From assembly GCF_006345805.1 (NCBI RefSeq), contig NC_042998.1, positions 148,552,001 to 148,616,000 on the forward strand: a stretch of DNA of 64,000 nt, in the 5' to 3' direction. The notes beneath the pieces were generated by a model. It did no database searches. It was not told the origin of the DNA and was given only the letters and a program-made list of their open reading frames with translations. Positions 14,025-28,897 of the stretch are shown here, piece after piece. A program made the position numbers and the translations under genes. Source of the stretch: Octopus sinensis (Eukaryota). Each line of letters begins with the position of its first letter. Position 1 is the stretch's first letter.

Positions 14025-14530
14025 GCCTTCTTTTTTGACTCTTCGTAGGTCAAAGGAGCATGCAGCGTCAACTATATAGCATATGTGAGGCACCTTGTCC
14101 ACCTCCACTTGGTCCGGTCTGTTATACTCTAACGCCTGATCTGTTTGGATTGGAAAATCCTTGAGGATTTCACTAGTCTCCGACTCTGCTACTCTCAGCG
14201 GTATGTGCTCATACAATGTCTTGCCTCACTCTATGCTCCGCCTTTTGCACAGTTTCCAATGTAGCACTTTCTCTACCTGGTCGTGTCGCCACAACTTGTA
14301 GTAGTATTGGGCAAGTCCATGGAATTCGTTCATGATATAAACAATGGTTTCATCCATTCCATTGCAAGTGCGGCACAGCGGAGACACTTTCTCATTCCTA
14401 AGTTTGACCCTCCAGTTCGGGTCAGTATAGTGCTCTCAGTCTCGTTTTTTAGGGCTCCTTTCTTCAGCCTATCCCACATATTTCTATTTTTCCAGCAACA
14501 TTGAATTGACTGTGCAGTCCCTGCTTGCAT
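14025..14530 (-). mobile_element. R4/Dong-type non-LTR relic: CCHC knuckle plus restriction-like endonuclease segment
   Basis: Minus-strand pieces KQGLHSQF, WDRLKKGALKNETESTIL, SPLCRTCNGMDETI...LAQYYYK.WRHDQV, YEHIPLRVAESETSEILKDFPIQTDQALEYNRPDQVEVDK...CYIVDAACSFD (RPD..D RLE motif); frameshifted. Confidence 0.85.
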
Positions 14531-14574
14531 TCTTCTTCTTCATGTACTTTTTCTACTTCTTTATTTCCCTTTAT

Positions 14575-14600
14575 TATTACCATTGTCGTTGTTGTTATTG

Positions 14601-14633
<33 letters not shown>

Positions 14634-14735
14634 CCATCATCATCATCACCATCATCATAATCATCATGATCATCATGATCATCATGATCATGATCATGAT
14701 CATCATCATGATCATCATGATCATCATCATCATCG

Positions 14736-14795
<60 letters not shown>

Positions 14796-14830
14796 ATTAT
14801 TATTATTATTATTTAAATTTTTATTATAAT
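14575..14830. repeat. (CAT)n followed by (TAT)n microsatellite
   Basis: Directly visible. Confidence 0.95.
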
Positions 14831-14834
14831 TGCC

Positions 14835-16920
14835 TTTGCGCAGCTTCTAACGCTGGAGATGTACTACGGTGTCAGCTAGAGTATTGATATCTATTATGGT
14901 ATTTTTCGCATTGAGTTCTGCTTTAAGTATTACTCTAATTCATCAACAATATTCCTTCTTGATCTTTTCTTTCATGAGTGCGTGTTGTACCATATCTTGT
15001 TCATTGATTCCTAAGTTTTTATATGTCTTCGTTTGTTCTAGCTCTCTTATTTCGTTTTCTTTATCGAGTATAATATGGTTATTCGTAATTAGTTTCCTTC
15101 CTTTCAAGGTTGCTTTAGCAAATTTTTCTAGGCCGAATTTCATATTCATTTCTATGGTAAGTCCATACACTGCCTGCAGCAGTGATTCCAATTGTTTATC
15201 ATTTGCAGCATACAGCTTGAAATCATCCATATACAAGATAAGGGTGATTGTTTTATCATACCAGTTATATTCACATTCAGTCCTCTTTAGCATCTCGGCT
15301 AAAGGCTGGAATATTCCTCTTCTAATGCGATGGTTTTAGTTTTTATAATTCCCTCTTTTGTCGCTAGCTGCAAAACTTTGCAATTTATTCATGACACATT
15401 TTATCAATTTTAGCACTGTTGATGGCACCTTGACTAGTGTTTCCCGGATCCTTGCGTGGGAGATACTGTCAAAAGCTTTCTGGTAATAGATCTAAGCCAT
15501 TCTTTTTCTTTCGGCAGTCTTCAGTTATGGCTTTGTTGATTAGTAACTGGCCTTTACCGCTATACAAGCCTTAACAACATTTCTTTGGCTCTTTTGGAAA
15601 CAGATTGTTTCCTTCTCGATATTGTTGAGGTTAAGGGCTTGTAAGTTATAGAGAGACAAGTTACCGGTCTATCGTTTTGTGCGCTTGTAGTTTCGGCAGA
15701 TTTGGGAATTAAGATGATTTCTCCGTTCTGTGAGTCATTCACGCGTTGCCTTTGGTTCAGTCAGCATCCCGTTGAATTTCTCTGCCAGCGCCTTATGTGT
15801 CCATGTTAAATATTTTAGCCTGAAGTTTGGAATCTTGACTTGGTACCTTCCAGTTATTTAATTTTTGCAATCCTTGGGTTACCTCTTCCGTATCCAGAGT
15901 TGTTCAGATGCTGTATTTGTTGTTTTAATTAATCTTTTCGGTGGGGGGGGGGGTGTCTTCATCACCCATAATTCTTTCCAAAATTTTCTACGTCTCCTGC
16001 TGCTGTCTCTGCATTGATTTCTATTTCATTTTCACCAAATTCTTGGTAGAAACATTTTGGATTGGAGATAAACTACTTGTTTTGTTTAAAGAGTAGTTTG
16101 GCTTTTTTCATATCGACAGATTCTTTGCGCTTTGGCGAAGATGTCTTGCATTAGATATTCTTTTGTTTTACGTACATTTTGTTTTGTTATTTTATATTTC
16201 TGTAGTATTTTTCTTTCTTTCTTGTTGTTTAGTAGTGTTGTTTGGTTACTAGTTTCCTTAAGGATTGACAAATTCTTTCTTTCATTTTCTGTCTTTCTTC
16301 TGGATTTCCATATTGTTTGTTTATGCTTTGATGCTCTCATTAGGGTGAATTTGAAAGAGTGGAGGTACATTCAGTAGTTCATATTATGTTCTATGGATTT
16401 TAATATTTCGATTATAGTCAATTTTCAAATATCATAATTATGGTTTCCGATTTCATAGTTTCCACTTTTTAGGTTTGCTCCTGTTCCTGTTTTTATTGTT
16501 GTTGTTCTGCTTCAGTGTATTTTGGTCTTCCTTGAGCAGACAAAGCATGAGTTTGTTGTGTTTCGTTATTTACATAGTTTTTGTTGCACGTGTTATGTTT
16601 ATCTTTGTGTTTCACATTCTCATTATTTATATTATTTTTATGTATTTTATGGGCACTATTTGCGTGTTCGTGATGTATTTTTCATTTAACTGCTCTGTTT
16701 CAATTTCTGATATCTTTTTCGTTTTAAGGGTGTATCTCCTTATTTTAGCTAGTTTATTGGGTGCATCGGTGTATTCAGATCTGGGTTACTTTTCTTCCAG
16801 ACTTTATATGAGTATGCTGTTGTACTTTCATGTTGTGAGTAGAGTATTACTGTAAAATAAGCGTATATGATAGAAACACATTCCTCTAGTGTCTACTTAT
16901 GTTTTTTTCTGTTTTTGTTT
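14835..16920 (-). mobile_element. R4/Dong-type non-LTR relic (copy A): N-terminal region through RT
   Basis: LYMDDFKLYAANDKQLESLLQAV...MKFGLEKFAK (RT motif C, 14943-15293); LIPKSAETTSAQNDRPVTCLSITYKPLTS; IWKSRRK...FAKAQRICRYEK; N-terminal TREECVSIIYAY...PNKLAKIRRY; many stops, frameshifts and deletions. Confidence 0.85.
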
Positions 16921-17369
16921 TATATGTGAGACGTGAGGAATAATGTCTGGCCCTTTTCCTCATTTGTCATTATTTTCGTATGGCGTCGGTCCGCTCGTTT
17001 CGGGTTTTACAGAGATTTTGCAGGTGTAATTTTCCATACTTTTCATGTAATAAGTTTTAACTACGCACTTTACGTTTGTGAATTTTGGGCTGAACAACAC
17101 ATGTATTATCAAAATTTTTTATAATTTTTTGTACATGAGAGTTGGAGACCAAAGCGATCTGTTGTTGGCATCAACCGTACTCTGGCGATCGTGTTTACAT
17201 GTGATGTAAGAATGTTGGAAATAGTAAACATTTCTAATACATCATTTAATTTGGAAACTAGAAATAAGTTTTAATGTGTTTAATCATTTATAGTTCAACT
17301 TTTTCTTAACGTTGTTTTTAGGTTTCATTTGTCATTTTTACTCTCTTTTTCTCCCTTGGTAATAGATCA

Positions 17370-18327
17370 TCTTTCTAACGTAATACCCTGAAAACCACCT
17401 GTTCAAGAGATTTTCCAATTTGGTAATTTGTTAAGTATCTTTCTCCCTTTCACATCTGTAATATTTATATCCATTTGTCATGATCTATTTTCCATTTCGC
17501 TTTTAGATTTATGTAACCAATCCACTTTCCGCTTATGTTGAATCTCTTTGCTTTAAATATCTAGCCAAAAGTTCCTTGCTGCTTCAGCATATGACACATC
17601 ATTCCTCTGATGATCAGCTGTTGATAAAATTTCGTTCCATTGTTTCTGAAAACCTTGTTCTGTTGTTGGTAATTTATTTTCTTTGTTGATATCTATTTTT
17701 TTTTTACTTAACATTACTGTAGGTTTTAGCCGCATTATTTCTTTTAGCTACCTCTGATCTTATGTCTCTAATATTGTATTTTCGTTCCTGTATCTTTCCT
17801 TCACCACTTTTTTCAATTATAGTTGTCTTCTATTGAGCTGTTAAACTTAAATTTCAAGTCTCCATTACTAGTATGGATCATTGCCTTTTTTTTTATTTAC
17901 TTGACTTTTAACCCCAACAGATGCTGTGCAGTGTATGAGGCCGTTTACATCTGTGACATTTTCAGCATTGATTTTCGTTAACAGCTTGTCCAACTTTACT
18001 ACTCTACGCAATTTTGACTATCAATTTCTCTTAAAGCTGCTAGCCTCGATCTTTCATTAATTCATGTCTCATTTTGCCATTGTAATAAGTTCCTTTTTTT
18101 CCTCTGTAATATCCTTTCCTATCATGAAGAAAAACTTGTATTCACCCTCACTGCAACTTTCCTTCTAATGATTCATTGGTCATTCTACTATTTCTTGTTC
18201 AATTTCCACATCACCATGTTCATCTTTCTCTGCTTTAAAGATCCCTCCCATTTCCAACTGGGATGGCCATATTCTTTTCATGATTTAATTCTTTTGATCT
18301 AGAAGTCTTTGTTCTTTGACAGGCAAC

Positions 18328-18382
<55 letters not shown>

Positions 18383-18500
18383 TTCGTATTTCTTGCATTC
18401 TTTTCCTGTATCCAATTTTGACACGCTAGCTTCTGATGTAACATTCCATATCAATTCTGTTATCACTTTGAAACCATGCTAACCCTCACAACAGCTGAAT
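17370..18500 (-). mobile_element. R4/Dong-type non-LTR relic (copy B): N-terminus to start of RT
   Basis: DNRI.MECYIRS..KIGYRKRMQE, EQRLLDQKN*IMKRIW, LREIDSQ...LLTKINAENVTDVNGLIHCTASV, ARNFWLDI*...WLHK...LPNWK...GGFQG (equivalent of PNWKAPGPDGVQGFWLK); interrupted by (GA)n. Confidence 0.7.
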
Positions 18501-18639
18501 AACAACCAGATCCATCCTGCTGTACAATGAAATACTTTTGTTGTGGTTGTTTCTTTGGATGAATGTTACCATGGGGACGTTTATGATTTCATCTTTTTAA
18601 ATTTTACCTCGTTTATCTGAGTTTGTTTTTGATTTGTTT

Positions 18640-19140
18640 CTGTGGATCGTCATACTATCGCTGTGTTTTGAGTGATAATTTATTGTATAGATAGTTGTCA
18701 CTGTTATATGTCTTTCTTTCTTTGGTGGAGTCTTATGTATTTTGCACGTGTTGGATTCTGCTGTGCTGCATTCAGTGGTTTGGAGTCGTTCATCTTTTTA
18801 TTTGCAGTTGGTTGTTTGGTTTTATTTTCTAGATGTAGTGTTTCTGAGTCGCTGTACTTTTCAATTCTGTCACTGTTTAATATAAATCTCCGTTTATTCG
18901 CAAAGGCATTCGCATTGGTATTTTCCTCATTCTGCTTTCTATTTAGAGTGCCGTCTCTTTGATAGTGTATGTGTGTGTTTAGTATAACTTGGGAGTGTAA
19001 TAGACTTCAATGCCGTGTTCATCGATTCTGTATTCTCTATTAATTTTGTGTTTATTTTAAGACTCTTGCAGTTAGAGATAATCCTTTCTGCTCGGCGTAA
19101 ACATTTTAAAAGTTCGCCGCTCCTAAATAACATGTTACTT
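18640..19140 (-). mobile_element. probable third R4/Dong-type fragment (pre-RT linker)
   Basis: SLKINTKLIENTESMNTALKSI and AKYIRLHQRKK resemble the LPxLK...N..L..I and AxRIxRYxxR segments seen in copies A and B; weak. Confidence 0.4.
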
Positions 19141-20089
19141 TATTTTACATTATGTCGTGATGACAAAAAAAGAAAGGAAACCCCAAAAAATCTCATGCTA
19201 CGAAATTCATTATACCTCCTAACTCGATCTGTTTATTTTTGCTGTTGATAGCTTTATCTGCGGATTTAATTGCTTTGCTTTAAGTTGGTCTCGCCTTGTT
19301 TTGCATTGAAAAGATCTGTTTCACGCTATTTTTGATTATCTTGAGTATTCATATGTCCTTTAAGTTCGTATTTTGCATGTTACAGCCACATATAAAACTA
19401 ATAATATCATCAGTATAATTGCACCTACTGGGAGAATTTCATTTTCTATTATTCATAATCCTAACTTCATTATTTTGTTTCACACTTCCACTTCATTTAC
19501 TTATATTTTGTACTTATTTCAACATTTTCTTGGACAATAATAAAAAAGCGACAAATAGTCATAGAATTAAGACTAGTAGTAGTAGTAGTAGTAGTAGTAG
19601 TTTTCCGAAGGTCCCTGTAGTGGCTGTCATTAGATAGCGATCTTAGTAGTGGTGTTTTATGATATTTCGAGCAAGATTTGTGACTAACATGTATAGTAGT
19701 ATCGATAATAATATAGAATGAAGTCGCACATACTGATGCTGGGGGTGTTGACAGTAACGGTGATGGTAGTGCTGTTGATGGTGGAGGTGGTGTGTTTGTG
19801 TGTGTGTGGTGGGTGTTGTCGGTGAAACTGGAAACCGCGTTGAAATATTGACAATTGCTGCAAACCACCGCCCCAAAAGTCAAATAGAAAAATGAACAAA
19901 ATCTAAATAATATATAAGAAAAACGGAAAAACAAGAATGAGCAGGACAAGCATTAGCAATAATGTGATGATGATGATGAAAATGGTGGTGGTGGTGATGG
20001 TGGTGATGGTAACGTATTAAGAGTAATAGTTAGAAGCAATATCAGCAGCAGTAGTAGTAATGACAATGTTCAAATGACAAGACATAACA

Positions 20090-20305
20090 ATCGCCATAAT
20101 GATCAAAATAATGACAATAATAATATCAATAAGAATAATAGCTATAATGATGATGATGATGATGATGAAGATGATGATGATGATGATAAGGATAATACTG
20201 ACAATAGTAATGATAATAATAAATAATGACGAGGAGAAGGAGGAGGTGGTAGATGGTGATGATGGTGACGGTGCTGGTGGTGGTGGTGGTGGTGCTACTA
20301 CTAAA

Positions 20306-20358
<53 letters not shown>

Positions 20359-20426
20359 ACATAATAATGATAATAATAATAGTAATAGTAATAATAATAA
20401 TAATAACAATAATAATAATGATGATG

Positions 20427-20490
<64 letters not shown>

Positions 20491-20718
20491 TGATAATAAT
20501 AGGGATAATAATAATAATAATAATACTAAAAATGCAGAAAAACAACAAGTATTTAACGATAAAATGGCCAACCGACATCAATAATAAATGCAAAGGAAAA
20601 AATGAAAGCGCAAAAACACAACAAAATGTCAGGAAAAACGAAATTAAAATAAGCAGCAGCAGCAGCAGAAATAACAACGGTAGTAATATTATTATTAGTA
20701 GTAATGATAATAGTAACA

Positions 20719-20788
<70 letters not shown>

Positions 20789-21060
20789 GATAATAATAAT
20801 ATCACCAATAACAATAACGACGGTAACAGTAATAGTAATAATAATGATTATAATAGTAATAACAATAATAATAATAATGATAATTTCCTTATTTGTCACA
20901 AGGGCAGCGAATGAGGAGGACATTACAAGAATGGTTTAATAATAATGATATCAATAATAAAGCAGACCAATCAACAGCAGCTACAACAACATGAACAAAA
21001 AACATACAAAAACACTCATTAATACGACGACGATGATGACGACTACGACCACCACTAACA
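20090..21060. repeat. about 1 kb compound trinucleotide field (AAT, GAT, GGT, ACT, AGC, AAC)
   Basis: Directly visible. Confidence 0.95.
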
Positions 21061-21469
21061 ACAACAACAACCATGGTAATAAACAACGGCAGCAGCGGCG
21101 AAATGAATTAAAATATAAATGAAGGGTAAATAAAAATATAAAGCACATTGGAAAAACAACAGCAAAATAAAGAAATTATCTACAAAAAAGGAAAAAAATA
21201 TAAACAGCAGAAAGAATACGAATGAAAAGACGGAAAAAGATAAAAGCAAATAAAAATAAATAAAAAAATGGATGAAAAAACTGAAAAACAAAAACAAAAT
21301 GAGATGATAAAAATATAAACAACAAACAAGAAATACAGAAAAAACAAAATGGCGGAAAAATCGATTGACTTGTTAATCCGGTGTGTAGAGCCGTAAGTTT
21401 GTGATCGAACGGAAAGCTTGTGCTGCCAGAGGGATGATTGGTGTGGTAGTGATGGGTGAGGGAAGGACA

Positions 21470-21728
21470 GGATATACGTGTATATGTGTATGTGTGTGTG
21501 TGTATGTGTGTGTGAGTGTGTTTGTGTGTGTGTATATATATATAGATTTATATATATTTGTATATCTATATATTATATGTATGGTAACATTTCTATATAT
21601 GTGTGCTTATGTATGTATGTTGCATATGTCCTATATATGGGCATGTATATATACATATAAATTTGTATTATGTGTATATATATTATGTATATATATTTAT
21701 AATATATATAAGGCATATTAATATAAAT

Positions 21729-21818
<90 letters not shown>

Positions 21819-22024
21819 TACAGAGAGAGAGAAAAATGCATGTATGCGTATGTGTATTTTATACGCAAGTATATATATAGTATGTGTGTATGTGGGTGTA
21901 TGCATGTGTTGGTATATATTTATGTGGGATGTTTCTGTATGTGTATAGAGTGTATAAAGGTTTATTTTTGTGCTTTAACACGCACACACACACGCACTAC
22001 ACACTCATGTAGATAACGGAACAG

Positions 22025-22099
<75 letters not shown>

Positions 22100-22142
22100 T
22101 TATATATATATATATATATGCATATATATATATGTTATATAT

Positions 22143-22176
<34 letters not shown>

Positions 22177-22784
22177 CTATATATATCTATTATATATATA
22201 TATAATCTATATTATATATATATATATATTAATATATAACATATATAAAAACATACTATGTCACTTATTATACGTATGTCTCATGTGTATGTCTGTACAG
22301 ATGTTTGCCTTACACCAATGTATGCACAAACACATAGAAACATAAACACACATGCGCACATACACTCATCAACATATATATGTATAAATGTACGTACGTG
22401 TACGTGCGTGAAACGTAGAGAGTGCGTAGGCGTATAGATGACTTCATGCGAATGAATTCCTGTGCGTGTGTATGTGTGTGTGTATGCGTGATGGTGCCTC
22501 TGTGTGATGTGTGTACAGTTATGTATGTGGACGGCGGTAAACTTGTTATCGAAAACAAGTCCTAGGCTGCCAGGAGTGTGAGGTGAGGTGGCGCTGGATG
22601 TGGTGTATTTACGTGTGTAGTGATGTGAAAGAAGTCGTCTGGTATGTGTGTGTGTGTGTATGTGTTAACGTGTATATGTACGTATATATCTGTGTGAGCA
22701 TATATATTTGAATATACATGTATGGATGAATATTACTTATATACAAATACATAAATCCATACATGCATACACACACATAGAATA

Positions 22785-22828
<44 letters not shown>

Positions 22829-22830
22829 AT

Positions 22831-22875
<45 letters not shown>

Positions 22876-22992
22876 ATATACTGTATATATATATATATAC
22901 ATATATATGCTATATATATAAATATATTTATGTATGTATGTACATATATATATCGTTGTATCCCTCTATGAATATTCATATATTCGTCTATA

Positions 22993-23053
<61 letters not shown>

Positions 23054-23103
23054 TATACATGCACATACATATATACATATACATATATACAGATATATGT
23101 GTA

Positions 23104-23152
<49 letters not shown>

Positions 23153-23880
23153 GTGTATGACTGTGCATATAATATATATATGTAAGTATGTATTCATGTA
23201 TTCGTGTGTGTAAGTGTTTAAGTACATCTATATGTCTACTACTATAAATTTGTTATCGAGCGTAAAGCTTGTGCTGCCAGCGAGACGTAGATATGGGTGG
23301 CGGTGGCTGTTATGTGTGTATGGGTGTATATGAGTACGTGTGCATGTGTGCGTTTGTACATGTTTACACACACACACGCACACACACACACACACAAACA
23401 CATACACATATAAGCGAGTGCGTGTGTGGATTACGAAGTGTAATATGCGGGAGTAATATGGGTTGTCGTAATATGTGTGTATGTGTTCGTGTTTGAACTT
23501 TAGTATGTATGTATGTATATATATATGTGTGTGTACTTGTGTTTGTCGCTTGGTCTTTTGTCTTTGTAGATCAATATAAGTCGGTGATCGAAGACCACTG
23601 CAGCTGGGATAGTGAGGGTAGGTCGATGAGTTTGAGGTGTGTGCATGTGTGTGTTTGTCTATGCATGTGCGTCGGTATGTGTGTGTGTATTTGCGAGTGT
23701 GTATGTGTGTTTGTGTCTGTGTGTGGAGTAGATAATGAGAAAGTGGGGGACTCTACGGATGTATGTGCATTGGCGTATGTGAATTTACGCATCATTGTGT
23801 CTATCTACAAATGAGTTTCATTTTGCATTTTGTTTTCGTAGGGAACCAAATGTATGTATGTATGTATGTATGTATATTAG

Positions 23881-23924
<44 letters not shown>

Positions 23925-23985
23925 TAGAATATTTAAATATAGATAAATATATATATATGTGTGTGTGTGTTTGTGTGCGTGAGTT

Positions 23986-24016
<31 letters not shown>

Positions 24017-24116
24017 ATGAATACATATTTTTACTGGTGTATATATCTAGACATGTACGTGCGTTTATCTGCTATCATCTCACTTAGGTATTTATATCAT
24101 GTTTAGATTTTCTGGG

Positions 24117-24207
<91 letters not shown>

Positions 24208-24290
24208 TTATTTATCTATCACCCTCCCTCATCTACCCTTTGTTCTCCCCCTCTCTCTATATATATAACGTATGGTTATACATGTGAGTA

Positions 24291-24340
<50 letters not shown>
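21470..24340. repeat. (TA)n/(TG)n/(ATCT)n microsatellite field
   Basis: Directly visible. Confidence 0.9.
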
Positions 24341-25286
<946 letters not shown>

Positions 25287-25615
25287 TGCATACACGTATC
25301 TTCATCTTTCGCATCTGATCCTTCCATACAAATATATGCATATGTGTGGGGCTGGATGGGGTGATGTGTGTGTGTTCGTGCGTGCGAGTGTGTGGGTGTG
25401 CGTATGTGTGTTTGCTCTTTGGGTCACCGTACCCTGTGAATTAACAACGGGGCCGATCTTTCATAGTCATGCTAAAAACATGTTTTTAAACATATCACCA
25501 GGAACATACCCTTAGTTATAATTCTCTCTTTCTTCACACGCACATACACACTCAGACATTGACACACTCACACACATAGTTATACGCATACATGCACGTA
25601 CACCCACTGACACTT

Positions 25616-25655
<40 letters not shown>

Positions 25656-25929
25656 ACACACATACACACACACACACACACACGCACACACACACACACA
25701 CACACACTCATATATTATTTTGCAAATGTAAGAATGGATTTTCGGGCAATGTTTACTAAAATGTTCAATATATTTGAATATATTTCAGCGAGGCACATCG
25801 CATGTATATCTGTTATATAATGTAAACAAAGGCATACATTGAAAACGTTTATCCGTACATGAATAAGTGTTTCTAGTACACGTGTTTTTAAAATCATATG
25901 AATATTATAAAGCTATAATTACTTCAAAT

Positions 25930-26142
25930 GTTTCAAGTTTGGGCATAATGCCTGCAATTTTAGTGGGAGGAGAGGTCAATGTATTGCATCGATCTTAGTG
26001 TTCACCTCGCACTTATCAAATCCGAAGTCACGGAACGTAAACTTAACCGCGGTGGAATTTCACCTCAGAACGTAACGAACCGGAAGAAATGCTACTTAGC
26101 GTTTTGACCTGCACCCTAAGGCGTCTGCTTGCTCATCACCTT
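25930..26142 (-). mobile_element. degenerate SINE (family of 3534-3770)
   Basis: Minus strand AAGGTGATGAGCAAGCAG...GTTACGTTCTGAGGTGAAATTCCACCGCGG matches the head and B-box. Confidence 0.7.
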
Positions 26143-26799
26143 GAGACTGTGAAACTATAACAGCACTAGAAATAACTGAATCTCCACAAGATTCTGCAGC
26201 TGCCTCTGCTATAAATACGCTTTAAGTATCTACCTCTTATAGTTTTAGCAGGAGAAGGAAATAAAATCCTGTTATAATCTGATCTGAGCGTCCAGTTATT
26301 CTTTCTTCAATTTAATTCTCCAATAGTCGTTATCATACGTTTGGAACATGAAACATAATTAGAAAGAGTTAACGTTCTAACCGACGTACGTTTAAGTATT
26401 GCTTTTTTTTTTTTTTTGCCTTTACGAAATATGATCTATATTCGAGGAAATCAGCAGCTTTAGACTTATCTTTCATGCAAATTCCGTCTCACTAGAAAAT
26501 TTTGAAATTATTTCTGCCCGCATTAGCTATGATGACGCAAGAATAATGTATAAAAATGCTTTAATTTAGTCGCCAAATGAAGATGTCAAATGACACAAGA
26601 TCACCGTTCATAACACATTTTTCTAAGTGGTCTTTTGATAAAACTCAGTCAACATTGCAACTTCAAAAGTGCCATGTTTGATCCTTACAACCACAAAATT
26701 ATTCGTAACACATTTATAAACAATTTCGTCTGCTCATATATCAAGCAGACAAAATTCTAGCCCTCACTTCAACTGCAAATTAGTCTCGTACCTTGGAAA

Positions 26800-27440
26800 T
26801 GGCCACGATAGGTTCTTATTCCTAAGACTTCACTCTACGTGTAGAAGGTCATGTAGAATCATCCACCGAAATGGTTAAAAAAGAATTTTCAACATACTAA
26901 AATAAACCAGATTCTTGTACGGCAATGTTTCGTCAAAGGTGCTATTTCTGCAAGAATTTCTACGATAACAGTCGATTGTCACCCCGTGTTTATATGCTTA
27001 AAGTGTTAAAAAAATGGATTTTGTTTCAAGTTATGTATATCCTCAAAGGACCAACTAAGCATTTCCATTCTCTCTGCGGCATTTGATCAGTTACCGCTGC
27101 CAAACTTAAAATCGATTTAAGCGTTCGAAGAACTTATCTAAAAGAGTTTTTTGACACAAGTGGTCCAGAAATTTTAATGTCAGAATTAGCTGTGCGCGTC
27201 CTAAGGTGATCGACAAAAGAAAGATGATATGATATCGATGTCTTTAGCAGAATTGACCGCACCATTCCAGAAATGTCGAGAACTGAAATTCAGATGAAAA
27301 GACACCTGTAATATCATTTTCTTGTACTTCCTGACTGATATTAACACTTCATTTTTGGCATTTTTGTTTTTAATAAACATTCGTTTGCTAAAGTTGACTT
27401 TGGGATCCACAACCAGGGCTAAAAGTTTGTTTTTAGCCCC
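26800..27440 (-). mobile_element. possible highly decayed hAT transposase fragments
   Basis: Minus-strand ESG.FSMLKI followed by HDL (cf. hAT dimerisation motif CESGFS..IKTK.R.RL..DLR) and LLDKFFERL; very degenerate. Confidence 0.3.
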
Positions 27441-27749
27441 GTTAAAATTAATCTAACAAGAGTCTTCTCCAAACAATCGTCACATATTCAATGTGAAATT
27501 ATGAAACTCCATGAGTTTTAAATGGTCTCGTGCCGAATTTATTCGATCAGTAATGAAGAGGAAGATCAAAGTGGTTCACTCTGGTGAGCAAAACAGCATT
27601 TCGTTATAGATGACGCTAAAAGTTGCGTAATAGATGACTCGAAAGACAATGGATATTGTACACTAGTCAATTACAATTTTAGTTACCACGTAATACAGGA
27701 GAATGCACACTCTGTTCGATGCTGTTGTTCTTGTTGTTGGTGGTGGTGT

Positions 27750-28410
27750 TTTATACTTTAGCATTGAAGTAATCTCTCCATGGTGCGAGACTAGGTTGGG
27801 TCTGTGGAAAACCTGGGTTACGCTGTTACCAAATCCTCTCTGTTGGCAGTGCCCAAAATATTTACAAAGTTGTATTGCCAATAGTTTTGCTGCATTTGTC
27901 GGAAAACGTCAGTTGAAACACCAGGTCACCCCAGGGACTCAACTGGATATATTATAAACTCTCTATTATTTGGTCTTTGTCTTATAACTGGAGATCCAGG
28001 ATATTGGAGTGGGGCCCCAGGCCAGGTACAATCAACTGGAGCTAAATGATCTCGGACTCACTTGTCCTAACAAATTAATTCGTCCACTTACTGGCATTTT
28101 TGTCAGCCGCAATTGATGGCCTCTCATTGCTTGGTCTCTCTTCAATGCTGATTTGCTCTTTAAACTACTTCATCCATATATGAGCAATTATGTCATCTCT
28201 GCAACACATTCTGTAGCGTTCTTTGGATGTTTAAAGAGCCTGTACTCCCTATTTCATTAAAAAATCAATGAAGTCACGTTGCTTCTCCTTGGAATCTATT
28301 ATTGGCCTGCAATGAAAAGGAACAAGAAGAAGAATTGCTCAACCAACATGTGCAATTTGAAATGTTTGTTTGGATGCATTTGGTTGGTGCAAAAATAATT
28401 GCGTCTTACC
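27750..28410 (-). mobile_element. decayed mariner relic plus an isolated mariner-type TIR
   Basis: Minus strand EKQRDFIDFLMK*GVQA...WMK*FKEQISIEERPSNERPSIAADKN (mariner HTH; 28060-28300); PHSNILDLQ resembles HPPYSPDLAP; plus-strand TTGGTTGGTGCAAAAATAATTGCG (28381-28404) resembles Hsmar1-type TIRs. Confidence 0.5.
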
Positions 28411-28576
28411 ATGATTATTTCGGGTCTTTATGCAGTCAAGCGAATCAATTTAAAAGAACTACTGATATAGTCGACTTTCTAAATATATTTATAAATACTC
28501 TTGAATTTTCAGAACATTGACACGGATTAAACCTTTTTAGATTTATTCATAATTAATGAACCAAACATGGATAACA

Positions 28577-28614
<38 letters not shown>

Positions 28615-28859
28615 CGTAGAATCACGAGAGATGAGACGTGAATATAGATTTATTAGTTCCATATGATTTCCATAACCTTTTTTATGTATAATGAATTTCG
28701 ATTCCCAAATTTATATATAAGTACATGTTTACACCAATATGCGTACTCAGCATTACATAATACAATTCTATATACACAGACATAAGTATAATAGAGAAAA
28801 CTAACTTTACTAATCATGTACTGGAGCATCTTGGGTACATCTTGATTCAACTCTACTCC

Positions 28860-28897
<38 letters not shown>

